Part shown: piece by piece, positions 12,977 to 13,233 of the stretch | Layout of the letters: the number at the start of each line of letters is the position of its first letter | Position numbering within the stretch: the first letter of the stretch is position 1 | Program-made: the position numbers and the translations under genes | Source: an uncultured bacterium | Lineage (GTDB): Bacteria; Patescibacteriota; Minisyncoccia; UBA6257; 2-01-FULL-56-20 | Length of the DNA stretch: 13,233 nucleotides | NCBI GenBank assembly: GCA_963844965.1 | Contig: CAWJQC010000005.1 | Location: 1-13,233, forward strand | Direction of reading: 5' to 3' | The notes under the pieces: model-generated | What the model saw: the letters and a program-made list of their open reading frames with translations, nothing else | Databases searched by the model: none | What the model was told of the DNA's origin: nothing

Positions 12977-13233
12977 CCCATTAGAAGCAGGTCGCGGTCA
13001 GCGCCCACTTATGATTATGTTTATAATGCAAAGACTTTGACTCCCATCCCGTTATATATTTTCCGCAATGCGACCGCGGCTTCTAACGGGATCATCCCAT
13101 TAAGTATAGACCAGAAAACAAAAAAGTCCTGTGGACAACTGGACTTCAAAATTCCACCAGACAATAAGAAGCGGGTCAAATCAGCTTCAACTCTTTTAGA
13201 ATAAAGTACCAGGGCTTTTTTGTTTTGTTACAT

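Noticed and set aside
12560-13204. 214-aa plus-strand ORF
   Set aside because: Entirely antisense to the well-supported DNPH1-like gene and the following non-coding region. It has no SD and a low-complexity translation, so it is a shadow ORF.
1-13233. Alternative genetic code (for example UGA=Gly, code 25) as an explanation for the apparent frameshifts
   Set aside because: TAA, TAG and TGA all occur as the stop at 3' ends that are supported by protein homology (TAA, TAG) or by a terminator hairpin (TGA at 1368-1370). Reading through TGA would not restore the homologous frames. The breaks are single-base frame changes, not stop codons.
1-13233. CRISPR arrays, tRNA/rRNA genes, transposases/integrases
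   Set aside because: No regularly spaced direct repeats, no tRNA-like T-arm/acceptor patterns (the GGGATTCGATC at ~3443 is inside the permease gene and lacks the rest of a tRNA), and no proteins with DDE/tyrosine-recombinase motifs were seen.

Overview
This 13.2-kb window looks like a bacterial chromosomal segment that mixes housekeeping and accessory genes. I could run no searches, so all gene identities come from motifs I recognise by eye.

Recognisable genes (+ or - is the strand):
- thrS, catalytic plus anticodon-binding part, cut off at the left window edge (2..1261 +).
- A 127-aa membrane-anchored protein driven by a perfect consensus sigma70 promoter and a GGAGGT ribosome-binding site, sitting in a GC-rich hairpin-dense island (1368..1751 -).
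- A short relic of a miaA N-terminus (1823..2014 +), then intact miaA (2032..3027 +).
- An AI-2E/PerM-type permease (3032..4064 +).
- A stand-alone ATP-cone protein (4235..4507 +).
- An M29 aminopeptidase (4653..5870 -), a small cupin (5945..6352 -) and an RBBP9/YdeN-type serine hydrolase (6419..7024 -).
- gatB (7169..8579 -).
- A bicupin (8745..9473 +).
- An uncharacterised roughly 280-aa protein (9581..10424 -).
- A likely operon: a 105-aa hypothetical, a ParB/Srx-fold protein, and a guanylate kinase fused to an NT5C-type HAD 5'-deoxyribonucleotidase (10661..12454 +).
- A convergent DNPH1/Rcl-like dNMP N-glycosidase (12515..12976 -).

Noteworthy points:
- Four genes (the permease, gatB, the 280-aa protein, and the junction of the 105-aa hypothetical with the ParB-like protein) need a single-nucleotide frame correction to match expected proteins or terminator placement. 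All four corrections are in the +1 direction.
- A TTGACG-N16/17-TAAAAT promoter architecture recurs three times. At miaA it lies in a 10-bp-armed palindrome and gives a nearly leaderless transcript.
- Strong hairpin terminators, some bidirectional, separate most convergent gene pairs.
- The ParB/Srx, Gmk-NT5C and DNPH1 neighbourhood is the best candidate for a previously undescribed nucleotide or modified-base processing system.

I found no rRNA, tRNA, CRISPR or obvious transposase. Several traits, namely many genes without a Shine-Dalgarno sequence, the stand-alone ATP-cone, lone gatB and reliance on salvage-type enzymes, fit a small-genome organism, possibly Patescibacteria/CPR-like. That is inference only.
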